Made by a program: the position numbers and the translations under genes. DNA of 63,568 nucleotides, filler included, from Lenisia limosa (lineage: Eukaryota; Protista; Breviatea): the NCBI GenBank assembly GCA_001655205.1. It is 9 parts of 9 records of this genome, joined end to end, with 100 filler letters (N's around TTAATTAATTAA, not from the genome) between each part and the next. Parts side by side here need not be neighbours in the genome. Positions count along the whole stretch, not along the records: positions 49,395 to 53,446 come from LPNZ01009453.1; positions 53,547 to 59,691 come from LPNZ01006581.1; positions 59,792 to 63,568 come from LPNZ01004962.1; 6 more parts are not named here. One strand, 5' to 3'. Positions 49,735 to 59,859 of the stretch are shown here, one piece after another. The stretch's first letter is position 1; every line of letters starts with the position of its first letter. Under the pieces are notes generated by a model. The model was not told where the DNA came from and did not search any database. It saw nothing but the letters and a program-made list of their open reading frames with translations.

Positions 49735-50009
49735 NNNNNNNNNNNNNNNNNNNNNNNNNNNNNNNNNNNNNNNNNNNNNNNNNNNNNNNNNNNNNNNNNN
49801 NNNNNNNNNNNNNNNNNNNNNNNNNNNNNNNNNNNNNNNNNNNNNNNNNNNNNNNNNNAAACCAATTTTTTTGCCAACAGAGTTTATCCAGTGCCTTTTG
49901 TTGCATAAAATTTCCATCATCATCAGTAATTCACTACCATCATAGTAACCCCCTTAATTAATAACCTTCTAGGCCTCCTTCCGGGCACGGCGTTAGTAGA
50001 CACTTACAG

Positions 50010-53000
50010 GGCAATTCCGGGAGACGGTGCAACGCTTTCACCTGCACTGAAAATCGCCTCGACCCTCGTGACCGTTTCCGGCCTCTGGCAGGAAACCGTT
50101 GTGGCTGAAGTTCTGGTATGCTGAGCTATTACTTTGGCGGATCGAGTTGGGATTCTTATGAATAATTTGAGATTCCGTTTATATATGTCTGCAAAATCCA
50201 TGTACTTTACTTTGTCTCTGGAAATCATGGGAATCCGAGTCAATGAGACGGATTTATTTCCACCAAAACTAGATAAGAGCAACATAATCGTATTTTATTT
50301 GTCTTTCTCTCACACTTCCATGTCTTTCTTTTACCAATATTATGTTAGTGTTTTACCGATTTTTAGGCCCCCATGGACGGTGCTGCTGAAATCCCTATTA
50401 CCGTACTTGTCAATGCCGACCAGAGCCTAGGTAAGTATACTAGTAAGTATTGATAAAAATTCAAAGATTGATTGAATTAATAGTTTAATTATTTTGAGAT
50501 TGCTGCACGATTTCCAAGAATCTTCGTATCATATTCTATTGTTAATCAAAAATCGAGCTATTATTCACCTCGCATTGACTAGACCATAGAAGTAAGACTT
50601 CTCTTCGGTTCGGAAAAAGAATAAATTTCTCGATAAATCTTCGAAAACTATCGATATTGTCAGGTATTTTTCGAACCGAAGTGAAGCCCTACACCTACAT
50701 AGAACCTTCGTTTTGCACCTAGTTCTACAAAAATTCACGCATTAGACGAAAGCTCGATTTCCGACAATCTTGCCTCCACTACTCTGCCCTACATCAAGTG
50801 AGAGTGGACAATATTAATCGATATATTCTCGATATTATATATAATCTCCGAGATGTGGTGTTGCAGAAGCGACTGGCCTGGGTTTGTTTTGCTGTTATCA
50901 ACCCTCGTTTGAGATTTGAGCTTTTTTGTTTAAATTATAAATTTACTCCTNNNNNNNNNNNNNNNNNNNNNNNNNNNNNNNNNNNNNNNNNNNNNNNNNN
51001 NNNNNNNNNNNNNNNNNNNNNNNNNNNNNNNNNNNNNNNNNNNNNNCCAGCAGAAGACAACTCAATGTTGTGATTGAAAACCAGGGCAATGCCCCGCTTA
51101 TGGTAAGTTGCCTTTTTCGAGGCTGCTCTGGGATGATATGATACGATATATAGTGACCGGTATAAGTCTTAACTGATTTGCTATGTGGTTTTCCAAGGAA
51201 AATGCATAAGACTTATTCCTGCCACTGTACATACGATGATATCGNNNNNNNNNNNNNNNNNNNNNNNNNNNNNNNNNNNNNNNNNNNNNNNNNNNNNNNN
51301 NNNNNNNNNNNNNNNNNNNNNNNNNNNNNNNNNNNNNNNNNNNNNNNNNNNCCAAACGCTAATTAAGAAGCTGAATTGAATGCGTATTTCTAAACTTCAT
51401 CTTCCGTAGACATATCATATGATGATATTTATTAAAGTAGTAATTATGTCTTTTTCTTAAGCTTATTTCTTCATTTACAGACTTTAATGCTAATTACTAA
51501 TAAGGTATATATAACTATAATGCTTATTTCCTAAACTTTCAGGAGGGAACTTGGACTCTCATGGTCTCATCAGACCGGCCGGACCGTTCTTCAAGTCTCA
51601 AGGTGAGTAACCGGGGGATTCTGAATTGAAAAAAATTGTCAATCTGTCAATGGAATGGAATGGGGCATTGAGGGGAACAGTAAACTTCAATGGTAAGAAC
51701 TAAGTAGGGGGAATCTGAAGTCGCAATGTGAGAGAGAAACATAACAATTTGAGGAACACAAGGGGGAATGAAGGAGCAATGTTACAAATTGGGTTTCACT
51801 TCGGTTCAAAAAAAGACCGAATTTCTCGGAAAATCCTCGATAATTCACCGGTCTTTTTCAAACCGAAATGAAGCCCTAGTTACAGAATCGATCCTGTATT
51901 TTTATTTGTTTCATCAATTCCTCACCCCCGTATATTTTTATTTATCCCACAGAGTTGATTTTGGGTTTTGTGATTTCATAAACTTTCCAATTTTATCTCC
52001 TCAGGTTGGTGACCTAGCCCTGCCGCAGCTTGCAGTTGGAGCATCCGTGTCCGTCACAGTTCCCGTTTCCAACCCTGGGGCCTTGACCACGTGCAGAGGC
52101 TTTAACGTCTTCTTTGCTTCCATCCCTATTGTAGGCTTCATTTCGAACATATTTAGATAATTCCTAATGTATGAACTCGTGTATATTTCCAAATTCTTCG
52201 GTTTGGGAAAATATCGATAGTTGTCGAGGAATTACCGAGAAGTTCAGACTTTTATTGAACCGAAGTGAAGCCCTAATTGTAACTCTCCATCATGCAGATA
52301 GGGGTTAAGGTACTACATGTTTTTATTAATTATTCACGTACGCTGGAGTGATGGGATGCGGTGTTGCAGAAGCGACNNNNNNNNNNNNNNNNNNNNNNNN
52401 NNNNNNNNNNNNNNNNNNNNNNNNNNNNNNNNNNNNNNNNNNNNNNNNNNNNNNNNNNNNNNNNNNNNNNNNNNNNNNNNNNNNNNNNNNNNNNNNNNNN
52501 NNNNNNNNNNNTACGCTTTTAATATAAGCTTTTGCTACAAGAAAAACGTAGTCTTTTTCTCATAAGAAAACGCCATCATGATTACCCTACGTTTTATTGT
52601 TTATCATTTGAGACTATCTGAATGTCTTACTAGGAGTGTTTTTCTGATTTACGGGGTCATTTCTCCACGTCTTCTACACATTCAATTCACATTTTCATAA
52701 AAAAAATTTTAAAAAACAATCTTGGTTATTATAACTAAATTTAGCCTGAAATGCCTTCGCTCATCACGGTGCTGACCGAAACCGCAGTCATTGGTGGCGG
52801 CGGAGAGGGATGCGCTGTGGGATGGGGGTATAACGTTGAATGTGGTGCGATATTATGGTGAAGGGCTATTGTTCTGATTACTTTTTATGTTGCTTTTTTT
52901 GAGGGCTTTGCTTTTCATATTTTTCATAAATTTTCCAATTTTACTCAATAATTGTTTCATAATTTTCCTTACTTTACTCAATGTTTGTTTCACTCCCCTC

Positions 53001-53399
53001 TGATAAAAAAGGCCTGGCCTGGGCTTTGTTAGTTTTTTTTTATTTTCAGTCTTTGCGAGTTACTTTTGTTTATTAACAGAGTTGATTTTGAACTATTGTT
53101 TGTTCCGTAAATTATCCAATATTTCTCCCCTCTGACAACAAAGGCATCTGCGAACCAGCCACCCGTCACTATTGGACTCTCTTCGTGGACCACCAATGAA
53201 GATACTGAGGTTTGCTGAGAGATTATTATCAAACTTAGATTATTATTATGGGTTACCCCCCCCCCATGATCATTAGGGTTATATTACGTTCTCCCACATC
53301 AGATTGATATGACATTATGTTACGTTGTACATCATTGACAAAACAGGTGGTGTTCGACTTGGAAGCTTCGGACCCTGATGGTGATGACAGCCTTATTAC
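50010..53399 (+). CDS. Multi-exon Ig-like / bacterial-cadherin-like surface protein (partial)
   Basis: Exons: APMDGAAEIPITVLVNADQSL; QLNVVIENQGNAPLM; VGDLALPQLAVGASVSVTVPVSNPG; ASANQPPVTIGLSSWTTNEDTE|VVFDLEASDPDGDDSLIT (NxPP...TxEDTxVxFxLxAxDPDGD pattern of Big_9/cadherin-like repeats). Confidence 0.7.
50593..50691. mobile_element. Family A MITE
   Basis: cttctcttcggttcggaaaaag...ttcgaaccgaagtgaagcccta. Confidence 0.88.
50850..51050 (+). repeat. Family D repeat running through an N gap to an acceptor
   Basis: gatgtggtgttgcagaagcgactggcctgggtttgttttgctgttatcaaccctcg...ataaatttactcct|NNN|ccAG|exon. Confidence 0.75.
51151..51227. mobile_element. Family B MITE, diverged
   Basis: TA|tagtgaccggtataagtctt...aagacttattcctgccactg|TA. 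Confidence 0.8.
51789..51878. mobile_element. Family A MITE
   Basis: TSD gttacaaa/gttacaga. Confidence 0.9.
51946..52004 (+). repeat. Family D tail ending at an acceptor
   Basis: ccacagagttgatttttgggttttgtgatttcataaactttccaattttatctcctcAG. Confidence 0.75.
52132..52275. mobile_element. Family A MITE with internal insertion
   Basis: taggcttcatttcgaac...atatcgatagttgtcgagga...gaaccgaagtgaagcccta. Confidence 0.75.
52343..52376 (+). repeat. Family D head (runs into N gap)
   Basis: ggagtgatgggatgcggtgttgcagaagcgac|NNN. Confidence 0.75.
52817..53143 (+). repeat. Family D-associated intron (GTGGGATGG head; D body/tail 53005-53143)
   Basis: Starts GTGGGATGGGGGTA; ends ctggcctgggctttg...aacagagttgattttg...tccaatatttctcccctctgacaacaaAG. 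Confidence 0.7.
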
Positions 53400-53446
53400 G
53401 TGCACTGTGGGGGATTGGGTGCTGTGATGTGATCGGTATAAGTATA

Positions 53447-53546
53447 NNNNNNNNNNNNNNNNNNNNNNNNNNNNNNNNNNNNNNNNNNNNTTAATTAATT
53501 AANNNNNNNNNNNNNNNNNNNNNNNNNNNNNNNNNNNNNNNNNNNN
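53447..53546. other. Artificial scaffold-joining spacer
   Basis: 44 N + TTAATTAATTAA + 44 N. Confidence 0.97.
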
Positions 53547-53549
53547 CCA

Positions 53550-56500
53550 CCTGTGGAAGAAGTCGATAAGAGCGTCGTTTTGTTGGCAGTCCGCTGATCG
53601 GAGAAAGAACGCCAGAGCTTGGATCAGCCGAGACCAAGGCGCCGCTGCTAGAGGCTCCTGGGAGGAGGTGAAGATGGAAAATGAACATTATTTGTTAAAA
53701 TGAAACCCAAAATTCTTCAAACTGTAGAACAGGGGGGAATGAAAATGGAAAACTTATCACCCATGCCTACAGCTTCTCCCAGCAGGATCTTCAGCTCATC
53801 TTCGCGCAACCCATCACTGATCACGAGGATCTGAAGGAAGTCGGCAACGAGCTAGATTGTGAGGGAAAAGGATGATATAAAGATTGTGAACAGCGAAAAG
53901 GAGGATATAAAGATTGTAAACAGGACAAGGAGGACATATGGGGAGAAGGAAATTTAGTACCATGTTAACTATACATTTAGCAGAAATGATACCTACTGCA
54001 TGCATAGCTACATATCTTATCGTTACCCACCTCCTCGCTCTGCTCCTCCATGAGCCTGGAAAAAATGGAGTTGAAGAGGTTAACCGTTTCACCAGGAAGT
54101 TCGGAGAGATGGGCATCGAACTGGGGGGGGGGGGNNNNNNNNNNNNNNNNNNNNNNNNNNNNNNNNNNNNNNNNNNNNNNNNNNNNNNNNNNNNNNNNNT
54201 AAGAGAAATAATTCAGACAATTTCACAACCACTGGAAATACCTATTCATCTTATATTGACGGGGGGTAGGAAATAATCTGACATTGAAATGGACCACGTT
54301 GTCCCCCAAAATAGCTGCACCACGTTGTCTCTTCAAAAGACAATAGTACCCCCCCCCCCCAAAAAAAAAAAANNNNNNNNNNNNNNNNNNNNNNNNNNNN
54401 NNNNNNNNNNNNNCCTACAGACCGTTTCAAAGTCACCCCCAAAGCTACACTGATCTCTCCTAGCAATAATGGCGCCCACAGACCGTTTCAAAGTCACCAT
54501 GGATTCGAAGTTCTTCGCAGGCAATTGTGAGGTAGAGGGGATTGTAGCCGTGATCTTTGGACAGGAGAATCGGCATTTGAATCTGAAGATGAGGGCAGTG
54601 GTTAATGATGATAAGGGCATATTGGTTAAGTGACCGCGATAAGTCCTGACACGATTGACTAAACACGGTCACTGGATATATTCCTTAATAACAACGCTTA
54701 CGTCAGAGAGCTTCTTGCGATACTCATTGAAGAGGGTTCGAACCAGAAGACTGCACGAATCCTGCAGCATGAGGAGAAGAGTGAAAATGGGATGAAGAGG
54801 GAAAAGGTGGAGAAGATGTGGGGGGGGTTGCAGATTCGTAAAAACAAGTGAATAGGGGCATGTTTCTCAAAGGAATGTGGTGGGGATTCTTTATGATGAT
54901 GAGCGGGACATTTATCAAAGAAAAGATGGGGGCGTATTTCAAAAAGGGTTGTGGTAAGAGCGATTCTTTATATACTGTTATACTACGGAGGGGGGGGGAT
55001 ACTACTCAAAAGGACCTCCGGAGGAAGTGGCGAGGAACATCTAAAAGAAAAGAGGAGGTTATTTATGACACCCTCCTACAGGGCCCAAGGGTTTCAGGAC
55101 CAACTCCTGAGTAGGCGCAGTGCCCTGAATAAACTCGCGAACTGAATGGGTTAAGTTCAACCACTATTTTCAATTGACATTTTACTGCAGAAAAAAAGAT
55201 TGGATGAAAACAATGAAGAAAGTTGAGTAGTGATAAAATTGAACGAAATAATGGTGAAAATCAAGGAAATTGGCAGTGCAGTTAAAGGAAAGTAAACGGG
55301 GGAGGAAAGTGTAAGAAATAATGGGAGAAGGAAATGAGTGTAAGAAAGTTATGAGGAAAAGAGACTTAATAGAAAATCAGGGAATAATTGGGGGAAGTTG
55401 AGGGTAATGGAGGAAAAGCTTGGGGAACTGTGAGAAATGGAGGAAAAGCTAGAGGAATTGAGGGCTTCACTTCACAAAATGCCACATCCCAGAATATAAT
55501 AATGATGAATGCGTGCCATACCTTCGCCTTCCAGGGACGATAAAACGACAAGCACATTGGGGGGCGGAGGGAGGGGAAGCCACTTTTGGAGGGTACATCC
55601 TTTGAAGCGGTAAATTGGGACGACCAATATGGTGCATTCTTGCCCTAAAAAAAGGCTCCTTTTAAATAATCGGCCTTGTTTTTTCGATAAATCATTATTA
55701 AATATCGATATTTTTACCGCCTTCTCGGACTGTAGAAAGCCCTCTCATGACTAAATAATCGACTTTTAGGAGCAAGGTTGACTAGTCTCCTCCTCAACTT
55801 CACTCAATTTATCCCTGCGCATACCCTGGATTTGATTGATGGCGTCGATGACCAGAACAACAGGCCGGGTCTTTCCAATATCATTCAACAGTCCAACAAG
55901 CATTCTGGGAGGTGATAAAGGGTACGGCAATCATAATCATAAATATTGAGACTAGTGCTCTCAGTCACGGTCCGGTCTGGACCGCTCAAAAATCTGGGAC
56001 CTGACCAGACCGGACCGGGACCGGTTCGCTTAGGACCAGCTCTCAAGAAATATAGAAAAATAACAAAAAAAAATATGGCAATAACATCCCAACTCCATTA
56101 AATGATGATGGATATTAGTCATAATTGTCACATTTTTGTGATCAATTCTTCAATTTAGTAGCATATAAAATACAATAGGAGCAATGTCGGTTTTGTATAT
56201 ATTTATATATATTTAAAGCATTATGGTACACTTTTGACAGCTTTTGTGTATAATTCCTAGAACCGGTCCGGACCGGTTCTAATAATTTCTGGGACCGGAC
56301 CGATACGGATCGGATCAGTTCTCAAAAAAATCTAGGACCGGACCGGACTGGGACCGTTGTCCAGGGAAGCACTAGTTGAGATACACAAAGGAATGTGGTA
56401 TGGGACAATTGGAATTCATTCCAGAAAAGGATAATCCCTGTACAACCCTCGCACTTTGAAAGAAGAAGCATATCATCAGGCAGATCCATTGAATCGGAGT

Positions 56501-59500
56501 AGTTCTCAGAAACAAGCAGGAGGGACTGACATAGTCTTTGGATGGACTTCCGAAGCTGAGGAGGGGGGGGGGTGATAAATGTTTATTTGAGGAACAAGAC
56601 ACAGCNNNNNNNNNNNNNNNNNNNNNNNNNNNNNNNNNNNNNNCCCTTGTTCTAAGCATCACAAATAGCCATATTCATGCATATCTCACAATCTGAAGAA
56701 TCCTTATCACTCTGGCAGAAAATACCACATTTCTAAATTTGAAGAAGTCATATTCTTATCCCATCCTATTCCCACATTCCTACATTTGAAGAGGTGGCCG
56801 AGGCACCGACAATATGGAACAAAGTGAACACGTTGAGGTCCTTCTTCTGCTCGGACCACTCCTCCACCTTGCGGATGAAATGAGCCATAACGGCCGATTT
56901 GCCCGAGCCTTGAGGATGAATAGTGACTTTTATTCGGCTTCGGTCAGATACAACCTTGTTTTATTACTCACATCTATATATTATTCAGTGGCCATGTTAA
57001 GTCATAACACAAATATTGAGCTGTAAGTCAATCGTGTCTCTATGACATAATGTAGATCCTCGTACCTGGAGTTCCAATGACGGTGATTGCCTCTCCTTGC
57101 TCCCCGTCACTAAAAAATGAGAACCACTGAATTGCGTTTAATCGAGATTTTTGAGTCAGTAGGAGGATGGGAATAGGAGAGGAGATAGCATACTTGGATT
57201 TGGAAAAAGATTATTTCCCCAATTCAATAACGATAACTTGTTAGTAACGGAGTAAATTCCGAAATTCAACCATGAAAACATCATAAAAGGGGCTACAAAT
57301 ACATTTATTCAAAGTATGCCTCTGTGTTTCCTTTTGGATATATTTAAGGTGATTGCTCTCAAACTCAAGCAACACACCAAAAGCCCACACTGCCTCATAG
57401 GGAACCTCGGTGGGGGTGTGTTTGGCCTTTTCCATGGGGCGGCGGCCAAGCTTGCCGCTTTCTTTGTAATTGGTTGCATCCCCAGGACGGAAAGGGTATT
57501 CCAATGCGACTTTGTCGTTCTCCTAGGTGGAGTAAATGGAAAATTTATGACATATAAAAGCACAAAAGAGGGGGGGGGGGGACAATGAANNNNNNNNNNN
57601 NNNNNNNNNNNNNNNNNNNNNNNNNNNNNNNNNNNNNNNNNNNNNNNNNNNNNNNNNNNNNAGATACATATAAAAGGGAAGTGGTTGGATGATAAACCAA
57701 ATTAATCAATCATCCTTCATGGCCAAAAAGAAGCCAAAGAAATTTACCAGAATAAAGAGCCAAACATACTTCAGTCCCATGTGAACCTGAAGCTTGGAAC
57801 GAATCTGAAGAAGTTTAACAAAAATTCTCCACGAAATCAGAAACCGAAGGGAAACCCTGAGTATAACAACTATTATTTCCGTGTGTAGTTGAAAAGGCAG
57901 ATAAAGAATACTGGTAAACCACAAGATATCCAGATTCTTCAAGAGGAAATTGATAATATCAAGTCATGCATGACTCCACGGTTATTGTAATTAAATAATA
58001 ATAATTGAAAAACATGAGTAAGATTCAGATTATGTTCAGTAAAAGACTGGGTAAATGTTACGTTGAACCATAGTGACTATTTCAAAAAAAGGACCACCAA
58101 CCTTGGAGTCTGTAAACGCACTTCATGAGAGTATCCAGTTCCTCGTCTCTACCGACCAGTTGCGACCCCATACGGCCCTTAATGAACGCATCATGCCTGA
58201 ATGGACGTTAAGAAGGCTCTAGTCATTATTGAACATATCATATTATTACTGTAGGAGAAGCAGAAATCTTTTTTGCTGAAATCGCTATTGGAGCCCTCTG
58301 AGTATGGTAATGTTAATACAAAGTGTGAAAATGAAGTAAAACAAACAAAAATAATGACGATCCACATACATATGGGCTTCCTTTTCAAGGGGGGTGAGCT
58401 GGTCTTCTGAGGTAAGTCTCGTATAAGTTGCAGCGATTTTGGCCTTCAGATCTGTCGCCACACGAGCAGCAAATGGTTCCAGTCCCTCCAGTTCAACCTA
58501 ATCAGGTCAATTAGTATTACACTAAAATCTATAAGCGTGATTGTGTGATCATAGTTCTACATAAGATGCATAGATATCAGTGTAATAATTGCCAATAAGC
58601 TATCGATAGATGGTCTCGATTGATTTAGTTAGATAATTCTCTCAAAACATAAAATGCAAAAAAAGGTAACACTAAAAACGATGAAAGTGTAACCATGAGC
58701 AACCTTGTTGGTGGCTGTGTTGACGCCCGAGTATTTAGATGGATACTGGTCGAAGAGATTCTCAGGTTTAACGAGCTTTCTGATGAGGTTCTTTTGATCC
58801 TCAAGACATGCCGTACCTTCAGGCGTTCTTTCCTGGGATGTAAAAATTGACAGTTTAGGAAAAAACTTTTCCCAGGAAAACTACTGGAAAAGTGGGGAAA
58901 ACCTAGTTCATTGTTATCTATTAGAATCTCCTTCGTTTTTCATTTGTTTGTCCTCCTTGTTCCTCGGAGTTTTTTGTTGAAGAAAATTCTTCATATAACA
59001 CACCAAATAATGGACCAGCAAAACCCACTCTGAAATTCGGAAGTTGCTCATCAGTGAGTCCCTCCATAAACTCTGTACCGCGGATGTAAAACAGCGCGTT
59101 GGGGTTTCCGTCCCTATTTGGTAAAACTGGTGTTATTGGAAATATTCGGAAAGTCTGGCATTATATGCTATCTGGTAAAATATGACACGATTTGAGAGTA
59201 AAACACAATGATAATGTACCCCTCTTTTGGAACAGATGGAAAAACATGGCTTTAATACCCACTTGAGGAAACCATGGTAGATCTCCATTGTTGTGATTGA
59301 TGCTCCAGGCACCCATTCGTAGCTAAATATTGTTACAAATAAGACGCCACTATACATACAAGGAATAAGGTAAAATATGCAACATATCACCATCACTCCC
59401 AACAAACTGCATTTTTGTTGGGTACGAAATATCGTTGACAGAAGGAACCCATCCGAATCTAAAGGTCAGAAAATATGCGAAAAGAAGAAAAAAGCGTCCA

Positions 59501-59640
59501 CTGGCTATGAAATAGTGCGCGTTACAACAGTTTATACTATAAACCAATCTGGAATCAGAGCACACCTTTCTCCCATGAGGTTGACGAAGAAGGGGTTTGC
59601 GTTCTCCCTACGGCAGCGCGCTAATTCACTCAGGCAGATC
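53550..59640 (-). CDS. DUF4062 + NACHT STAND NTPase (TEP1/NWD1/NPHP3-like), both ends truncated
   Basis: Exons in order: ICLSELARCRRENANPFFVNLMGER|FGWVP; GASITTMEIYHGFL; ALFYIRG; VELEGLEPFAARVATDL; HDAFIKGRMGSQLVGRDEEL; ITVIGTP|GSGKSAVMAHF (Walker A); HIVGAS; PVVLVIDAINQI (Walker B); PNVLVVLSS; LLSKDHGYNPLYLTIACEELRIHGDFE; LPGETVNLFNSIFSRL; ISDGLREDELKILL. Confidence 0.9.
54628..54674. mobile_element. Family B MITE, internally deleted
   Basis: agtgaccgcgataagtcctgac...cacggtcactg. Confidence 0.65.
55665..55744. mobile_element. Family A2 MITE remnant (right part)
   Basis: aaatatcgatatttttaccg...ggactgtagaaagccct. Confidence 0.55.
55953..56374. mobile_element. Family E: 422-bp non-autonomous hAT-like element
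   Basis: Termini TAGTGCT...AGCACTA; many subterminal GGACC/GGTCC repeats at both ends; AT-rich core; 8-bp flanks attgagac/gttgagat; lies in a NACHT gene intron. Confidence 0.85.
57523..57555 (-). repeat. Family D tail ending at an acceptor
   Basis: gtcataaattttccatttactccacctAG. Confidence 0.55.
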
Positions 59641-59691
59641 TGGGGAGGGGGGTGGGTAAAAAGAAGGCAGATCTAGAGGGTGAGAAATGGG

Positions 59692-59791
59692 NNNNNNNNN
59701 NNNNNNNNNNNNNNNNNNNNNNNNNNNNNNNNNNNTTAATTAATTAANNNNNNNNNNNNNNNNNNNNNNNNNNNNNNNNNNNNNNNNNNNN
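59692..59791. other. Artificial scaffold-joining spacer
   Basis: 44 N + TTAATTAATTAA + 44 N. Confidence 0.97.
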
Positions 59792-59859
59792 GCATGTATG
59801 TATAACCCACATATGATATACAAATACAAAACACATATTCAAGAGCTTGTTTAGTCTGA

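Noticed and set aside
51573-51590. gaccggccggaccg as a family E fragment
   Set aside because: It lies within a coding exon (VSSDRPDRSS); short chance match.
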